From: Chrysomallon squamiferum
Lineage: Eukaryota; Animalia; Mollusca
Direction of reading: 5' to 3'
Length of the DNA stretch: 64,000 nt
Assembly: GCA_012295275.1 (NCBI GenBank)
Contig: CM022676.1
Span: 1,550,001-1,614,000 of the forward strand
The notes below the pieces were generated by a model. It saw only the letters and a list, made by a program, of their open reading frames with translations. It made no database searches and was not told the DNA's origin. Shown piece after piece: positions 1 through 14,347 of this stretch. The first letter of the stretch is position 1. Each line of letters starts with the position of its first letter. The translations under genes were made by a program, and so were the position numbers.

Positions 1-1105
1 TAATGCATTTCCTGAGACATTACAATGATTACATAAATTAAGCAAATGAATTTCATCATAGTTTCTGTATTTTTCTCTAATAAATTCATGTTACTAATCT
101 AACTGAAATAAACTCACTGATTCCCACTACATTACAGTAATTTAACATATATAGTAAGTATAATGACTTTGAAATATGATACTGGTATAATTCTTGCATG
201 GATGGTGGTAACCATTTTCTTCTCTTTTTTTGAAAAGATTTCTATTACACAAAACATCGCTTTTAGTCTTGTTTTGGTTTCTTGGCATTTTTTGGCATTA
301 AGTTTGAAATACTATCTGTACATTCTTTTTTTTATAAAAACAGCTAAAAATCTACTGATCTATCTCTTTCAGTCTGTGTTGTATGGCGCAATATAATCTG
401 TATTTGTTTATATATATACACATTATTTTTTCTTCTTTTTATTCACTTTTAAGGACCAAATAAAGCTGTGCTGCATTTTCCTAATAAACTAACAGATGGA
501 CTGTGTTCTGTAATATTGTTAGCATTATAAAAACTTGTTTTCACTTTCAACTTTTTATGAAATATTTCCTTAATATTTACACACACACTCACACTTTCTC
601 TCTACATTATAAATACAGTTTTATTTATTTATTATCATTACTAATTATTCTGGCTTACAGACAGATGTATTTCACTGAGAAAGTTCAGGTACTATGAAAA
701 AAAACGAGTCAAAAACAAATTCAGTGTTTGACATGGCAGTTATGTTTGGCCTTTTTGCACTGAAATCTAGACGTCAACCTAGTGTAATTTTAAACAGTCC
801 ATAATTGTTATAATGACGATTTTCAGTAAAAATTTCATTATTCTCGTAATCACTGAATCTAAATGAATTAGCCATTAAACTGAAAACAGTTTCGTGTCAT
901 GTGACAGAAACTGCAAAGCATCATAAACACTAAATATTGTTTAATTATATAAATATGTTATGATTTGGTTACACAATAAACATGTATAAATTAAATATTA
1001 TAAAAAGCTTGACCTACTAACGAACTGTTTCATTCATGAGAAAGCAATGGTAGTTTCATGAATGAAAGGTCGACACGAAACCGAGGCTTAGCTTAAGTTC
1101 CTTAC

Positions 1106-1210
1106 CTTAGTTATTCTCACTGGCGGACAAAATTTTCGTTTCTTCGACTCGTTGGGGAAAAATTCCACGTTCTCCATCCCGAAATCACTATTATAGAATT
1201 CTAGGTCCAT
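1106..1210 (-). CDS. First coding exon of an unidentified gene that probably continues beyond the left window edge
   Basis: Acceptor tttatcattttag|GATT then ATG; MDLEFYNSDFGMENVEFFPNESKKRKFCPPVRITK; strong phase-0 donor AAG|GTAAGG; KKRK resembles an NLS. Confidence 0.65.
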
Positions 1211-1778
1211 AATCCTAAAATGATAAAGGATGCAACTAACTATAAACAGAAATAAACAGCGATGTTTTAATAGGTCATTCACAAACGCACGGCCATGTTG
1301 AAATGTGACACCAGAAAACGCGGCGTCGTGTGTTCGACAGGTGAATGAATGACACACACTGGCAGTTCTAATAAACATAATTTATTATTATACAAAAACC
1401 ACAAAGTCAAACCGCAAGAATGGCCGTTATCTGTCTGCAACGATGCATGTAAAATGAAGTAAATATATTCACGATGACTAGATAGCTGAACAAATAAAAG
1501 TTTAAGTAAATAAATAAATATTGTTAGGCTAAACAATGCATTCACATAAATTAAGTCATTAAAATGCTCCAAATCGAGGCAAATTTTAGGCCCCCTACTA
1601 GGCCATAGCCTAACGCTGTGACGGTAATTATAAGTTATTAATAGATAATTTACAATTATGTTTATACTTTGAGTTTTTAGAATTACAGTTAAAATTATGC
1701 AAATCTTATAAACAAATATATTTTAATTTACTAAATAATATTAGAAATCTAACTTTGGAACAAAAGTTAAGGTCTTAC

Positions 1779-2130
1779 CGGCAAAGCCGTCTGATAAATC
1801 CAACTCGAAATACCCCTTTCTTTCAAATGCGATGAAAAGTATTAGGTCACGCAGATGAAGAAACGAAATCCGTAGAAGTTTTTAGCTAAATTACTCCTTA
1901 GACCAGCTCTCCATCCGTTCAGTTTAACAGAAATGTAAGTCAATTGTCAAATGATAGCTTGTGTTCTTATGATGATCATCAAAATAGCTTCCTTGTCTTT
2001 TCTTATGGGACAAATTTAGAAGTTGGTACAGCGACAACCTGTTGTTTCGAGGATTTTACCAAACCTTCGTTCTGATTGGTTGGCAATATTTACCGCTACT
2101 GACAGATAGCTAATGTCAGTGTTTCATTGG
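1779..2130 (-). promoter_or_regulatory. Putative promoter and non-coding first exon of the left-edge gene
   Basis: Two CCAAT boxes on the minus strand (ATTGG at ~2075 and ~2126), CpG-containing leader, donor CCG|GTAAGA at 1778 upstream of the exon-2 acceptor at 1215. Confidence 0.5.
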
Positions 2131-3747
2131 GTGAGTTTATTTAGGACAGGGTCAAGGGGAGGTTTTAACCTAAGAAACAGGTTGAGATCAAAAGATTAAA
2201 CCCCTTTTAGAGTTTAACAGTAAATTTTCTTTTCGTAGAACTAAACTTAATTTTAAAAATAAATATCAAAGAAAATTAAACTTACAATTTATGTACAACA
2301 CATTCCCACACTGATTAACAAAAATAAGCGCGTTCAAAACATGTTACTTAGATTATGTGTTTGTTTTTTTTTCCTTTATTTTTCCCCACTTCCTTTTAAA
2401 TTTAAAAACATTTTTTTATTTATTTATTTTTATTTTATGTATTGTGTGTCTGTGAATTAAAATTTTTGGATGTGCATTCGTTTATTATTATTTTTTTTTT
2501 TTTTTCACTGACCCTCTGTTTTCTTTATTATTTTTATCAATAATTGATTTAATGGCTTCATGAGCATCTAAATTTTTATAACAATGTTTCTAAAAAAAAA
2601 CCCAAGAGAACATACACTTATCACCATATTATTTTCTCTCTAATATATTAAATAAAAAAAAATAAGTAACAAACAAAAATCATTTTAAAATTAGAAAAGA
2701 AAGTCAGGCGTAGGGACGGACGTACGGATAGAGATAACAAGACAGAGAGACAGACAGAAAGACAGAGAGACAGACAGAAAGACAGAGAGAGAGAAACAGA
2801 AAGAGATAGACAGCTAGAGAGAGAGAAAATCAGATGTTACAATATTGCATGAAAACAATAAAAAATTTAACTAAAAAGAAAAATATCGCTGTTTGTAAAA
2901 CTTTACAAAACGCTTTATAGATTTGTTTCGACCCAAATAAGATTTTGCTTCTGCCAAAAAGGAAGAGATTTTTCCTGGGTCACAGAGGCTTATTATTGAC
3001 ACCGCCTAGCAGAAAATAAACAAAAGCTGGCAGAAAAAGCGAAAACTCCACAAATATGTCCATTTTAAACAAAAAGGCTCATTTTGTTTATCCGTTACAG
3101 CAAAACCGACTTGAAACATCCGATATCACGTATATACAGAAATATAAAGGTAAGCAAAATAACTGTAAATCCTAGAGTTTATTGTTAATCATTCATTCAT
3201 ATTTTTTCTTTCTTTCTTCTTCTTCTCTTTTTTTTTTTTTTTTTAATATTTTATTTGTTTATTTTTTTACGTAAATTCTATACCAGCAGACACATCCGCT
3301 ATATTAAACGAGCATACAGCGCTATTTTACAAATTATTATAGTTGTGTTTATTTTTAGTCACATTTACGTCATAGACGTAACGTACCATGCGCACAGGTG
3401 TTTCCGAGGAGACCTAAAAATAAGGTTACAGAAATGTTTGACCAATCGATTTGTGGAGAAATACTAATCTAGGGAGGACCCATAATCCAAGGTCTCCTTC
3501 TTCAGACACTGTGCTCAAAATAGAAATAAAACAAAACTTTTTTCTTTATATTTTAATTTAAAAAAATCTCTTCCTTCTCGCCACGATGGAGGGTGTGGTC
3601 TTAAAATTAATGTTTTACTCTGTTAACAGAGAAAATAAAAAGCCAGCACTGCATGGATAAAAATATAATCCTGGATGTACTTATATAAGCTACTTTATAA
3701 AAATGTAATAATTTAGAAAACAAACTAGAATTGAGAGAGAGAGAGAG

Positions 3748-3811
<64 letters not shown>

Positions 3812-4151
3812 CTTCAACTTAACATAGATTATGAGCAGTTTAAAATAATGAATTAATAATCTATTGTTTTTCACCTGTAAACTAATAATTACATGTAATA
3901 TTATAATCATAGTTGATAATCACATAATAATATATGTTCTGTGTGTGTTAAGTATAATATTATGTTCACCGAATCGATGACGTTTATTTCAAATAACAGT
4001 TTTAAATATTAGTCTATATGGGTATAGGAGTCTTTGTAATTAATGTTTAACAAAGATATCTCACATTACAAAAAAGGGTGTTTATAATGAAGCATTATTT
4101 TTCTTCCAGAGTGAGAAAAAACAAATCAAAACAAATAAGGACGATATACTT

Positions 4152-4233
<82 letters not shown>

Positions 4234-4780
4234 AATAATATATGGCAGGGTTGGCAGCAAGAACAACAGTTATGATTATCATAAACATCATCGTCTATCT
4301 TGTTATCATCATTACTATCATTATCATCAGTAAAATTATCATCATAATTATTGTTGTCGCCGTCGTCGTTGTTATGGAATGTGCCACCCTGCAAATATTT
4401 TCTGAGTTATTTCCCAACCAACCACAGTCCCACGATCTTTTTCTTTCTCATTCATTATTATTACTTTATTTTTTTCAAATTTTACGCCTCGAGCTTGTTC
4501 AGCAAATTCACCAGACTTACATCACAAAGAATCAGATCAACAAGCTGACGTAATCTAGCGAAAGATAATTTGTCGGAAATTTATAATTGCTAAATACTTC
4601 TTAATCCGGTATAATCTTTGACTGCATCCTGTAATCCTACACATCTTATAGATTAAAAGTTATTTTTGTTTATTTTAAGGAAATGAAAGAAACGATCGTT
4701 TAAATGCAGCTGGCATGACTATTAGAGGTCAGGGGTCAAGGATGTATTAATTAATTAATTAATATTTTGTTAAAAATTAT

Positions 4781-5030
4781 AATTTATTAAATAATCTAAC
4801 TTTGCAACAAACGTTAAGGTCTTGCCGGCAAAGCCGTCTGATAAATCCAACTCGAAATACCCCTTTCTTTCAAATGCGATGAAAAGTATTAGGTCACGCA
4901 GATGAAGAAACGAAATCCGTAGAAGTTTTTAGCTAAATTACTCCTTAGACCAGCTCTCCATCCGTTCAGTTTAACAGAAATGTAAGTCAATTGTCAAATG
5001 ATAGCTTGTGTTCTTATGATGATCATCAAA
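4781..5030. repeat. Direct local duplicate of ~1726-1983 (putative 5' UTR exon)
   Basis: 4826-5030 is identical to 1779-1983 (offset 3047); the flanking part has mismatches and an indel. Confidence 0.95.
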
Positions 5031-6212
5031 TTATACATTATATAAATTAAAAAAAAAAAAATTCATTAATAATAAATAATTATATATATATTTATAATAA
5101 CAATATTAGTAGCAGCAGTCATAGTAACAGTAGTAGTATTCGTTGTTGCATAGTAGTAGAATATTTATGTTTAAATATAATGTATGTTTGTACGTATGTA
5201 TTTGTACAAGCTAATGTACAAACCTAGTGATTATAACAGTACTAGTAGTAGTAGTCATAGTAACACTAAAGTAGTGCAGTAGTTAGTAGTAGTAGCAGTA
5301 ACAGAAGTAGTAATAATTGTAGCAATAGTTATGTTTAATATGTGTGTGTTTGTACGTATATATTTGTATGTATGGGTGCAAGCTTACGTGCATGGTTGCA
5401 TGAATAACTGCTACATTCGCGCATTCTTTAGCTGCACTTGCAGTACACTTCCCCACACACACCTAGTTAACACACAGTAATTATATTATTTTTCTTTTTT
5501 CATGGCGTTTTGTGCGTGGGCGTCAGATTCCCAACGGTATGAATGAACGCTTGGTTGACACATGTTCAGCATACACCAATATCTGGGTATATATCCATTC
5601 ACGTGATCCTGAATGCATACATAGCTCCAGTTATCTTCCCATAAACAACGACGATTGTAATGAAAGAACACCAGCAGACGGATTGATGAGGTTGACGTTT
5701 TACCTGTTGCACATTGCCAGTAAGGTTTCGTTTTGATTTTGACCTTTTGACACCTCAAAACTTTTCTTCGAGTATCTGTTTATAATAGCTGAAGTGAATT
5801 TAGGAACAAAGGAAAAAGACTGCAAACAATAGATTCTGGGATTCGTTATGATGATTTTTCTACCAGGCTTTATTTACGATGACATTAGCATTGTCAGCCT
5901 AAACTGCAGCAGAAACACATAAATAAATAACCTATTAACAAGAAAGTCCTTCTGGCTTCATGATATGATTATCTTTTGTTTATTCGATTTTTTTTACTCA
6001 GTTTAGTGTTCATGTTTATTTTTAGAAATTTTGATTAGATGCGTTTAAATTAATCAAACATAAACTTTTAAAAAAATGTAACTGACATATCATTTCATCA
6101 CGAGTAGTTTTTGTTTTATTACTCTGACTACACTAACTTTAATCTGCTGCTAATGCCATCACTATTATCAACCCTGTACAACCCTACTACTACAGTACTA
6201 CTACTACTACGG

Positions 6213-6251
<39 letters not shown>

Positions 6252-7550
6252 ATAATAATAATACTAATACTAATAATAATAATAATAATAATATAGTAGT
6301 AGTAGTAGTATTTTATGTAGTTATACTGTATTATTACTAATACAGTAATATTAGTACTATTAAGAACTATTTGTATTTAATTTCTAGTTATAACTTGTAA
6401 GTTCCAGTTCTATTCAGCTACAAAACAGAGACAGCACAGCATTCACGAGATTCAGCTCGGTTTATCACTGATTTCACATAACATCTGGCCCGATTTAAAA
6501 ACAGTAATAATAATAATAATTTACAAAATATTAAAAACCTTCAAGACCACATAAATATTATAATACAGAGCAAGAAGACATCAAATAATAATAATAATAA
6601 TAAAATAATAATAATAATAATAATAATTTTAATAAAAACACTAATAACAATAATAAATCAATAAATCTATAGGAAGATAGATTAATCGGCAAAAATAGAA
6701 AAAGAGGGTGTTCAAAGATTGCGCCCCGCCTCAATGTCCGCTGAGAAATAGATGACCTTTAATGGGTTGTAATGTTTCTGGCATTAGATCAAAGAAGTTA
6801 CACTATCTCCTAAAAAATCTGGTGATTAAAAGTATACTTACAGTGCATATTTGTGGGCGTCGTTAATTTAGCAAACCGCGTCGTATATCATAACCACGTT
6901 TTAAAAAGATGAATTTATTTTATTGTTATTATACAACCAAATTATTGCTGAAAAGAAATAAAATTATTATCATAATGGCTACATTTTAACTAATGTTCAT
7001 AAAACATATTTCTAATTCTAGTTTTATATTTTCTAACAAGCACAAATGTAAAAATAGTAAATAAGAATTTACGCACACTTCGCGACTATGTGTCACTGTT
7101 ATTAAACAAAGTACAAAACCTATATTTATTTATGTGTTTGTTTGTTTATAATCACTATAAATACCGGTGGCAAGATATGATGACTTGGTAAATTTCTGTA
7201 TATCTGGTCAGTGACCGAAAATATAGGAATTTATCTAGTCGTTATATCGTGTTACTATTTATAGAGATCGAAGGATGTAACGGTACTATTTAACTTTAAA
7301 TACCTTAGGATAGTTATAAAATTCTGAGCATAGTAATATAAAACGAATAAAGTTATGAAGATAATTTTTTTTTCTATGCAATATATTTTTAAATGTATCC
7401 GCTCACTTATATATGCACACACACGTTTACACAGAAAATATGAGCAATACATATATAACTTGAAGGAAACTAGTATCAAGCATGCTTACATACACACATA
7501 CATATACATACCTACCTTCATATGTGTATGTATATGTATGATAGTGGCTT

Positions 7551-7610
7551 TGTTTGACACCCAGTAGCCGATATTTTTCGTGTTGGGGTGTCGTAAAACA
7601 TTCATTCATT
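7551..7610 (+). mobile_element. SINE-like 3' tail remnant ending in (CATT)n
   Basis: tgtttgacacccagtagccg...ggggtgtcgtaaaacattcattcatt; resembles gastropod SINE tails from memory; a decayed relative lies at ~42034-42084. Confidence 0.5.
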
Positions 7611-8456
7611 AATTAATTTATTACACACACACACACACACAAAACACACACGCACAAACACACACAAATAAAAAATCTTCACCCCACATACACATCAAGT
7701 TGTAAACGTGTCATTCTGAATAAAATATTTAAACTCTTTCTATTATAATATTGTTAATTTCACCTTGTTTCTGCTCTCGATGCAGTATTATAAACAAATA
7801 AAAACGAGTTGTTTGTTGTTTCTGTAATCAAGTTAATTTATGTGTTAAAAAACAAAAAAACTTCGCTGTCTGTTCGGCGACAGTTTGTCGTTGACTTCTG
7901 TCTGCCTTGTGCGACCCGGATATCCGGCCCAGCACGCGCGTTACCTTTCACGCCGCGACATATGCGTAGTAATTAGTAAATTGTAAGATAACCTTCGGAG
8001 AGATAAGATTGTAGGATCAGTAAAGCGTGTTTTTAAAAAACAAACATTTTGTGGTTGTGAAAATATAATAACATTAATAAAGTGGTTTATGCGTTACGTA
8101 TTATATACATAATTTGACTGCTTCTGGTTGAAATCAAATGTTAATAGTTCTATAATATGTTTTAAATTATTATTTCCCACAACTTATACAGCATACATTT
8201 ATCACACAGACGCTTAGACAGATACACATGCACAAAACGCTCACATACACGCACACTGTGCAAGTCAAGATGAAGACCGAACCCAATATTTTTTAATAGA
8301 TAAAATCGGTCAGTGCCTACCTTAATTAAAGATGTGAAGACATAGACACTTTTAGTCCCTGGTAAATATACATCTCAACAAACAAACACAGGTTCCAGCG
8401 TAAGTCAAGTAATTATTTTAATAAAAACAAATAATAGTTAATCAGTGCGATTAGAA

Positions 8457-8559
<103 letters not shown>

Positions 8560-8767
8560 AGTATATATATATATTGTTGACGATCAATCTTTAAAATCGG
8601 TGAATATTTCTAACAGTAATGTTTAAACATTAATATTAATCATTGAAGCAGAATATCGTTCCTTTATTATCTGAAAAATAGACGATTATTTATCGTCAAT
8701 GCCAAAAATTACAAAACAAAAAAGCACATACACATACTCTTTCTCACACACACACACACACACACAC

Positions 8768-8813
<46 letters not shown>

Positions 8814-9170
8814 TATAGAAATAAGAAAGAAAGAAAGAAATGTATTTCTTTATTGCTAACTTACAAAGAAAAAAATTACCCTAACCGGGCCCCCCTTGCC
8901 ATAACGTTATGCGATGTATCTGATAGGCTGCAGGCACGCGCCTTCGAGTCTGTTTGACATTATGTATTATAATCAACACAAAAGATGGAAAAGAAAAATA
9001 ACAGGTGTTTGCATGCAAGCAAGGGATGTTATTCTTCTTCTACCATTTTTTATTTTTATAATCAGACGGGAAAACAAAAGCGTAGAATAAGAAGAAAATG
9101 GCAAAGATAAGAAAATGATATTTCTGAATGAAAACACATACAACCTTGACTACACCTGCTTTGTATTAAG

Positions 9171-9217
9171 TGCACGTGCATCACGTATCACGAGCAATGA
9201 ACACGCTTTATCACGCA
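9171..9217. promoter_or_regulatory. Cluster of five CACG-core bHLH/bHLH-PAS-type motifs
   Basis: CACGTG, CACGTA, CACGAG, CACGCT and CACGCA within about 45 bp. Confidence 0.4.
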
Positions 9218-11647
9218 TTACAAGTAATGTTTGAAATTACATTTGTGTGCGCGTTTGTGTGTGCAGTTTAAAGTTATTTATTTACGCATAATTCAAATAC
9301 ACAGACACATAAACATATAAACACATACACACGCATAATACATATTATATATCAGGCCTAATGATATTGTTTCCTTCTTTAATATTACTGTTGCTTTTGT
9401 TTTTGTTGTTGTTGTTGTTATAGCGTATCACGAAGCTGCTTTCCTGCCGGTTCTGTTTTCTAAAATTTCCATTATAAACATTTTCTTTACGAAATAATAT
9501 GCTTCGTGGACTTTGAAATAGCGTCATATTAAAATCACTTTGAGGTGTCAGAGGTCAAAAGTAACTGGGTTAGGCGTGATTCATTGTAACGGTTTTGCAT
9601 TGTCATTACGAAGTGGGGTAAGTACCCCAAATAAACACCCGTTGATAACGGCTTTGTATATATATAGAAATACCCGAATTTATCAATGGGCAGCTGTGCG
9701 CATGCGTTGATATTTGATAACAACAAGTGCTGGCTATTCTTTTTTTTTCTTCTTACACATTTTTATTTTTATTTTTTTTTTATTATTATTTTCCTTGTCT
9801 TAGTGATTGATTCATTGCTTCTTGTTTTTATTCTGTTTCTTATGTATTTTTTTTATTGTGTTTAAATATTTTCTTTTGTTCTACTTCTTTTATTGTTCTA
9901 ATAGTTATTTTTATTATTATTATTATGTTGTTGTTATACATGTGTTGTTGATTTTGTTGTATTTTGCTGCTTTGTTTTGTTTTTAGGTTTCGACTTGATT
10001 TTTTCAGCATTAATTTTTAATTTTTTAATTTTTTTCTTTGCGTTGTGCGACGGGTACTTTGATTAATTAATTTTAGAAACAATCTGTGTGTTATGATCAA
10101 CTCAAAATAAACCTTAGTAAAATATAACAAACACGTTCATATAACAAAATGGTAACATCTATTACTCAGTCTTTCATGGATTAACTATAATTCGTTTAAA
10201 ACGCAACATGTTTTCAAACTTCATTATAAAACTGTAATAGGAGAATACACACATTGATACACAGACACACATTTATACACAAATACACACAGATGCACAT
10301 GCACATACACACAAGTATAATCGTTCATTCAGGTATTTTTCTTATGCAGGTATGTTTACATAAAGAGATTATGGTTCATAAAAGGAAGACGTTGAATATA
10401 GGTAACTGTCTTGCATGCATATCATTAAAAAAAGTAAAATATTTTATGTAGGTAAAAATCTTCAACATCAAACGTTTCATAAAGATAAAATTTGGTACAG
10501 GTAATACAGGTATTGTGTGTTTTGCAAGTAAGATATTTGATACAGGTAACATGCAGGTGAGATAAATCACAGACAATGTAGTAACGTGGTGAACTAGTTT
10601 TATTTACTGAAGTAACATCACGTATAATGTTGTTTGTTTTTAGATGATAAATATCAAGCGTCACGCGATATCGTTACCTAAAATAGATAAACATTAATTT
10701 TATGTTGGAAACGCATTCTTCTTCTTTCTGAAATATTATATATATATATTTACTTCTACAAAAACAGTGTAATGCATCACTTTGGAGAAGAAAAAAAAGT
10801 GTTAATATATTTGTGAACTAAATATATAGTAACTCTGACTTTAAATTATTTTATTATATGTTAAATTGTTCTCTGTCGTTGATAACCTCTTTTGTAATAA
10901 ATCTAGCTATTATATCAGGCAGGTTTCCTTTTGCTTACCACAAAAAAATGTCGCCTGACCCCTTAGAACAATTATATACATAAATAAATAAATAATATAT
11001 ATAATATGTATACACATACACACATACAAACATACATACACATACATACATATCTGTGTGTGTGTCTATGCACTGTGCTTTACTCATTGAATTTTTTTAT
11101 TTTTTATTTTTTGAAACATTCGTCCTTTAAATACATTTTTGTTGTATACAACTTTATTTTTATTATTGTTATTATTATTTTTTTTCCCTCGGCGTTGTAC
11201 CACGTCTTTTTCCAGTTTAATACATTTCCGTTCAATTTACGTCACATTTAAATCTACCGAGTAATTAAAGTTGCGCTAGATGGGGGTCAGCTTAATTTAG
11301 TTTGTATGTTTCATAATAACAATTGTATGTTTATTCAGTGTATTTTAATATAATCACTACTGTACTTTAAACAAATATACAAACAAAAAGAGGAAGAAAT
11401 AAATAAGTAAATAAAATATTTTTCCAAAAATAAATATGAAAAAGAAAGAAATCAAATCAAAGTAATTTTGTTTTATTAATTAATTAATTAATTAATTAGT
11501 TAAATTAATAGGTAATTATTTATGTTTATTTGTTTGTTTGTTTGTTTATTTACTAAAAGATCAAGGCACGGTAATCATATTTTTTATTTTATTTGGTATT
11601 ATCTTGCTATCTTTTTCTCTCTATGGTATGTTATTTCCCTTTATGTT

Positions 11648-11684
<37 letters not shown>

Positions 11685-12157
11685 CTATTTCTGTTTTGCC
11701 ACAGCAATTTCTTACGGTTTTAGAAACACTGGTGTAAAGTAAATGTTTTTCTCAGTCATTTACTGTGATTCCAGTTTTCTTCTTCGTCTGTTCTGTTCTG
11801 TTTATGTTAGAGCGGTAATATATTATTATTGCCGTTGTTGTTGTTATTATTGCTGTTTTTATTACTTTTGTTAATTTTTATTAGTATTGTTGTTGCTATT
11901 ATTATTGTTTTTGTTGTTGCTGCTGTCGTTATTATTGATATTACTGTGCAGATGTCTTCAGTCTTAATTAATTGTATTCTTATTTTTCATGCAGGCTTAG
12001 AGTTAGGCTATGTATGGCCAGTGTTAAGACTTGGACTACAAGCATAATTTACTAATAGTAAGTGTTCTTTATTATTTTCACTCAAAAGAAAAATAAGAGA
12101 AAAAGGAAATAAAACAACAACATGTGAAATTCATATAACGGGACAGCGATACCCACG

Positions 12158-12238
<81 letters not shown>

Positions 12239-12556
12239 TAAACTTTTAGCTTTCACTTAGGTATTCATGAATAATGGCGACAAATCCGAAGATACGATTT
12301 TAAAAAATAATGAAAGACACAAATAAATAAATAAACCCCATCAGAATGGAAAATGAGAGCTAAAAAGGTCGAGTTGTTTTTGAAAAGAATTTATTATCCA
12401 TATACAAACCAAATTAAGATTACAGTCACTTTTTAAAAACTGTGTCAGTACTACTTTGCGGCGTAGATCACATCTACTGAATTTTACTTTCACCGCGTCG
12501 TTCTGCCGTAAGCTATCTCCGGAAGTTATAATTGGGCATGATCTTGCCTGACCTCT

Positions 12557-12685
12557 GTCACGTGACGCGTGGGAGTGGCGGTTTCCCAACTTGAAAGTGC
12601 ACGTGTTGGGTTCACGATAGATACTTGAAATCTAATGAGTTCTGAAACTGGCGAGTTTTAACGATATGTAACGAAATGGCACGTG
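12557..12685. promoter_or_regulatory. Triple E-box cluster, candidate enhancer
   Basis: CACGTG at 12559 (inside palindrome GTCACGTGAC), 12600 and 12680, with D-box-like TATGTAAC at ~12665. Confidence 0.45.
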
Positions 12686-13208
12686 ATGTACCGAATATGC
12701 TTCGGTTAATGTAATTAACTGAAAAGCAGTATACAGTACTAATCTTGTGTGAAATTTATAAATACTTCATGCAAAAAAACTTAAAGAAGAAAGTATTTTA
12801 TTTAAAAAACGATATTTATTAAAACTTAATAAAGAATTGTTCGGTTGAAATCTATTTATTGACAAGGATATTCATATGGCATTGTTTGCACTAAGATTTT
12901 TACTAGTACTACTACTACCAATAATAATAATAATAATAATAATAATATTAATAATTGCATTCAGATGTTATTTATCGATTGTTTTTATTTTTCATTCTTT
13001 TCTTTACTTTAAACAAATATATTCTTCTTCTTCTTCTTTTATTATTATTAAGTTTAAAATAAAAATTAACTACGTACATGACCCGGCAAATACTGCTTGG
13101 TCAGACAACAAAACAACAACAATATTAATATAAACTATTACAACATTGAAAACGTATTTTGAAAATAATAAAATAAAACAGAAAAGAACAATGAAAAGAA
13201 AAGAAAAA

Positions 13209-13239
<31 letters not shown>

Positions 13240-13430
13240 AATATAGGATATTAATAACCGTTATTAACCAATTATTATGATGTAACAAATATTATTTACT
13301 TTTTTATTCATACAAAAATTTTAAATATTTTTTATGTATAAAATACTGAGGAATATCGAAAGTATGGTACGCAATAGATTAGGAAGAATGGAGCATGTCG
13401 AGGATAAAATAACAAATAAAATACAGTGTG

Positions 13431-13471
<41 letters not shown>

Positions 13472-14264
13472 AAATATAACAATAGTACAAATACAGAAGC
13501 AGTTTGTCGGCACGGAGTGCTTGGGATAATGAATATTCTGTAGCAACATTCAGTGAGAATATGCGAAATGCAAAAGCAATTTAAAGTTACTGAACTGGTT
13601 GTTGAACGTTTTATATAAATTGTAAGCATTATGTGAATGTATACAGAGTCGGAGAAAAATACATGGGATCATTTTACTGACGGGATACAAAAACAATATT
13701 CGTGTCTGTCGAAATTTTATATAATATTATGAAATAAACAGTAAATATGGGGATGTGCGAGTAGGTAAAATGAGTGAAAAACAGAACAGTAGCGTACAGA
13801 GAAGACACGCGAAACGTGAACGACGATTAAACTGTCTGTAATTACCCACTTCCGCTCGCTATTCGAGGCAAGAAATGACATGCTGGTTTGGTAATGGTTT
13901 TTACATTAAATGTAACGCATTATCGCATTAGCTTAAACAGTTCGAAATGACATGAAGAAAAATGTGTGTAAACTTTTCTAATACGCTCACTTGTCTGCGG
14001 TTTCTAGGAATGCCGCAGAGTGTAAACATGACTTTCACTTCACATTTTCACTGCTTCGTAGCAATTAAAAACAAAGGTAAACCACAATAAACGTGGTGTT
14101 TTATTACTGTACGAATCCGAAGTAATAACTACAAACACCCGACGTTTGTTTCTGCAACAAAACTACAGTAACAAACAGCGTGGTTGATTATCGAAACTAT
14201 AGAAATAACCACAGTAAAACTGATTATTGTAAAGATGTACGAAAAGTATGTTAGTTAATACATT

Positions 14265-14347
<83 letters not shown>

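Noticed and set aside
100-400. Possible next exons of the left-edge gene (SKKRRKWLPP and RHTTQTERDR frames)
   Set aside because: The first is not in the phase required by its acceptor; the second has non-bHLH H-E spacing and reaches a stop with no convincing donor.
3725-4553. ORFs with poly-SL, poly-ER, poly-I or N/D-rich runs
   Set aside because: Translations of (GA)n and (ATC)n-like microsatellites; no splice or homology support.
5486-5758. Overlapping 74-aa and 90-aa ORFs in a GC-richer patch
   Set aside because: No recognisable domain; splicing from the 3149 donor to the 5527 acceptor hits a stop after six codons.
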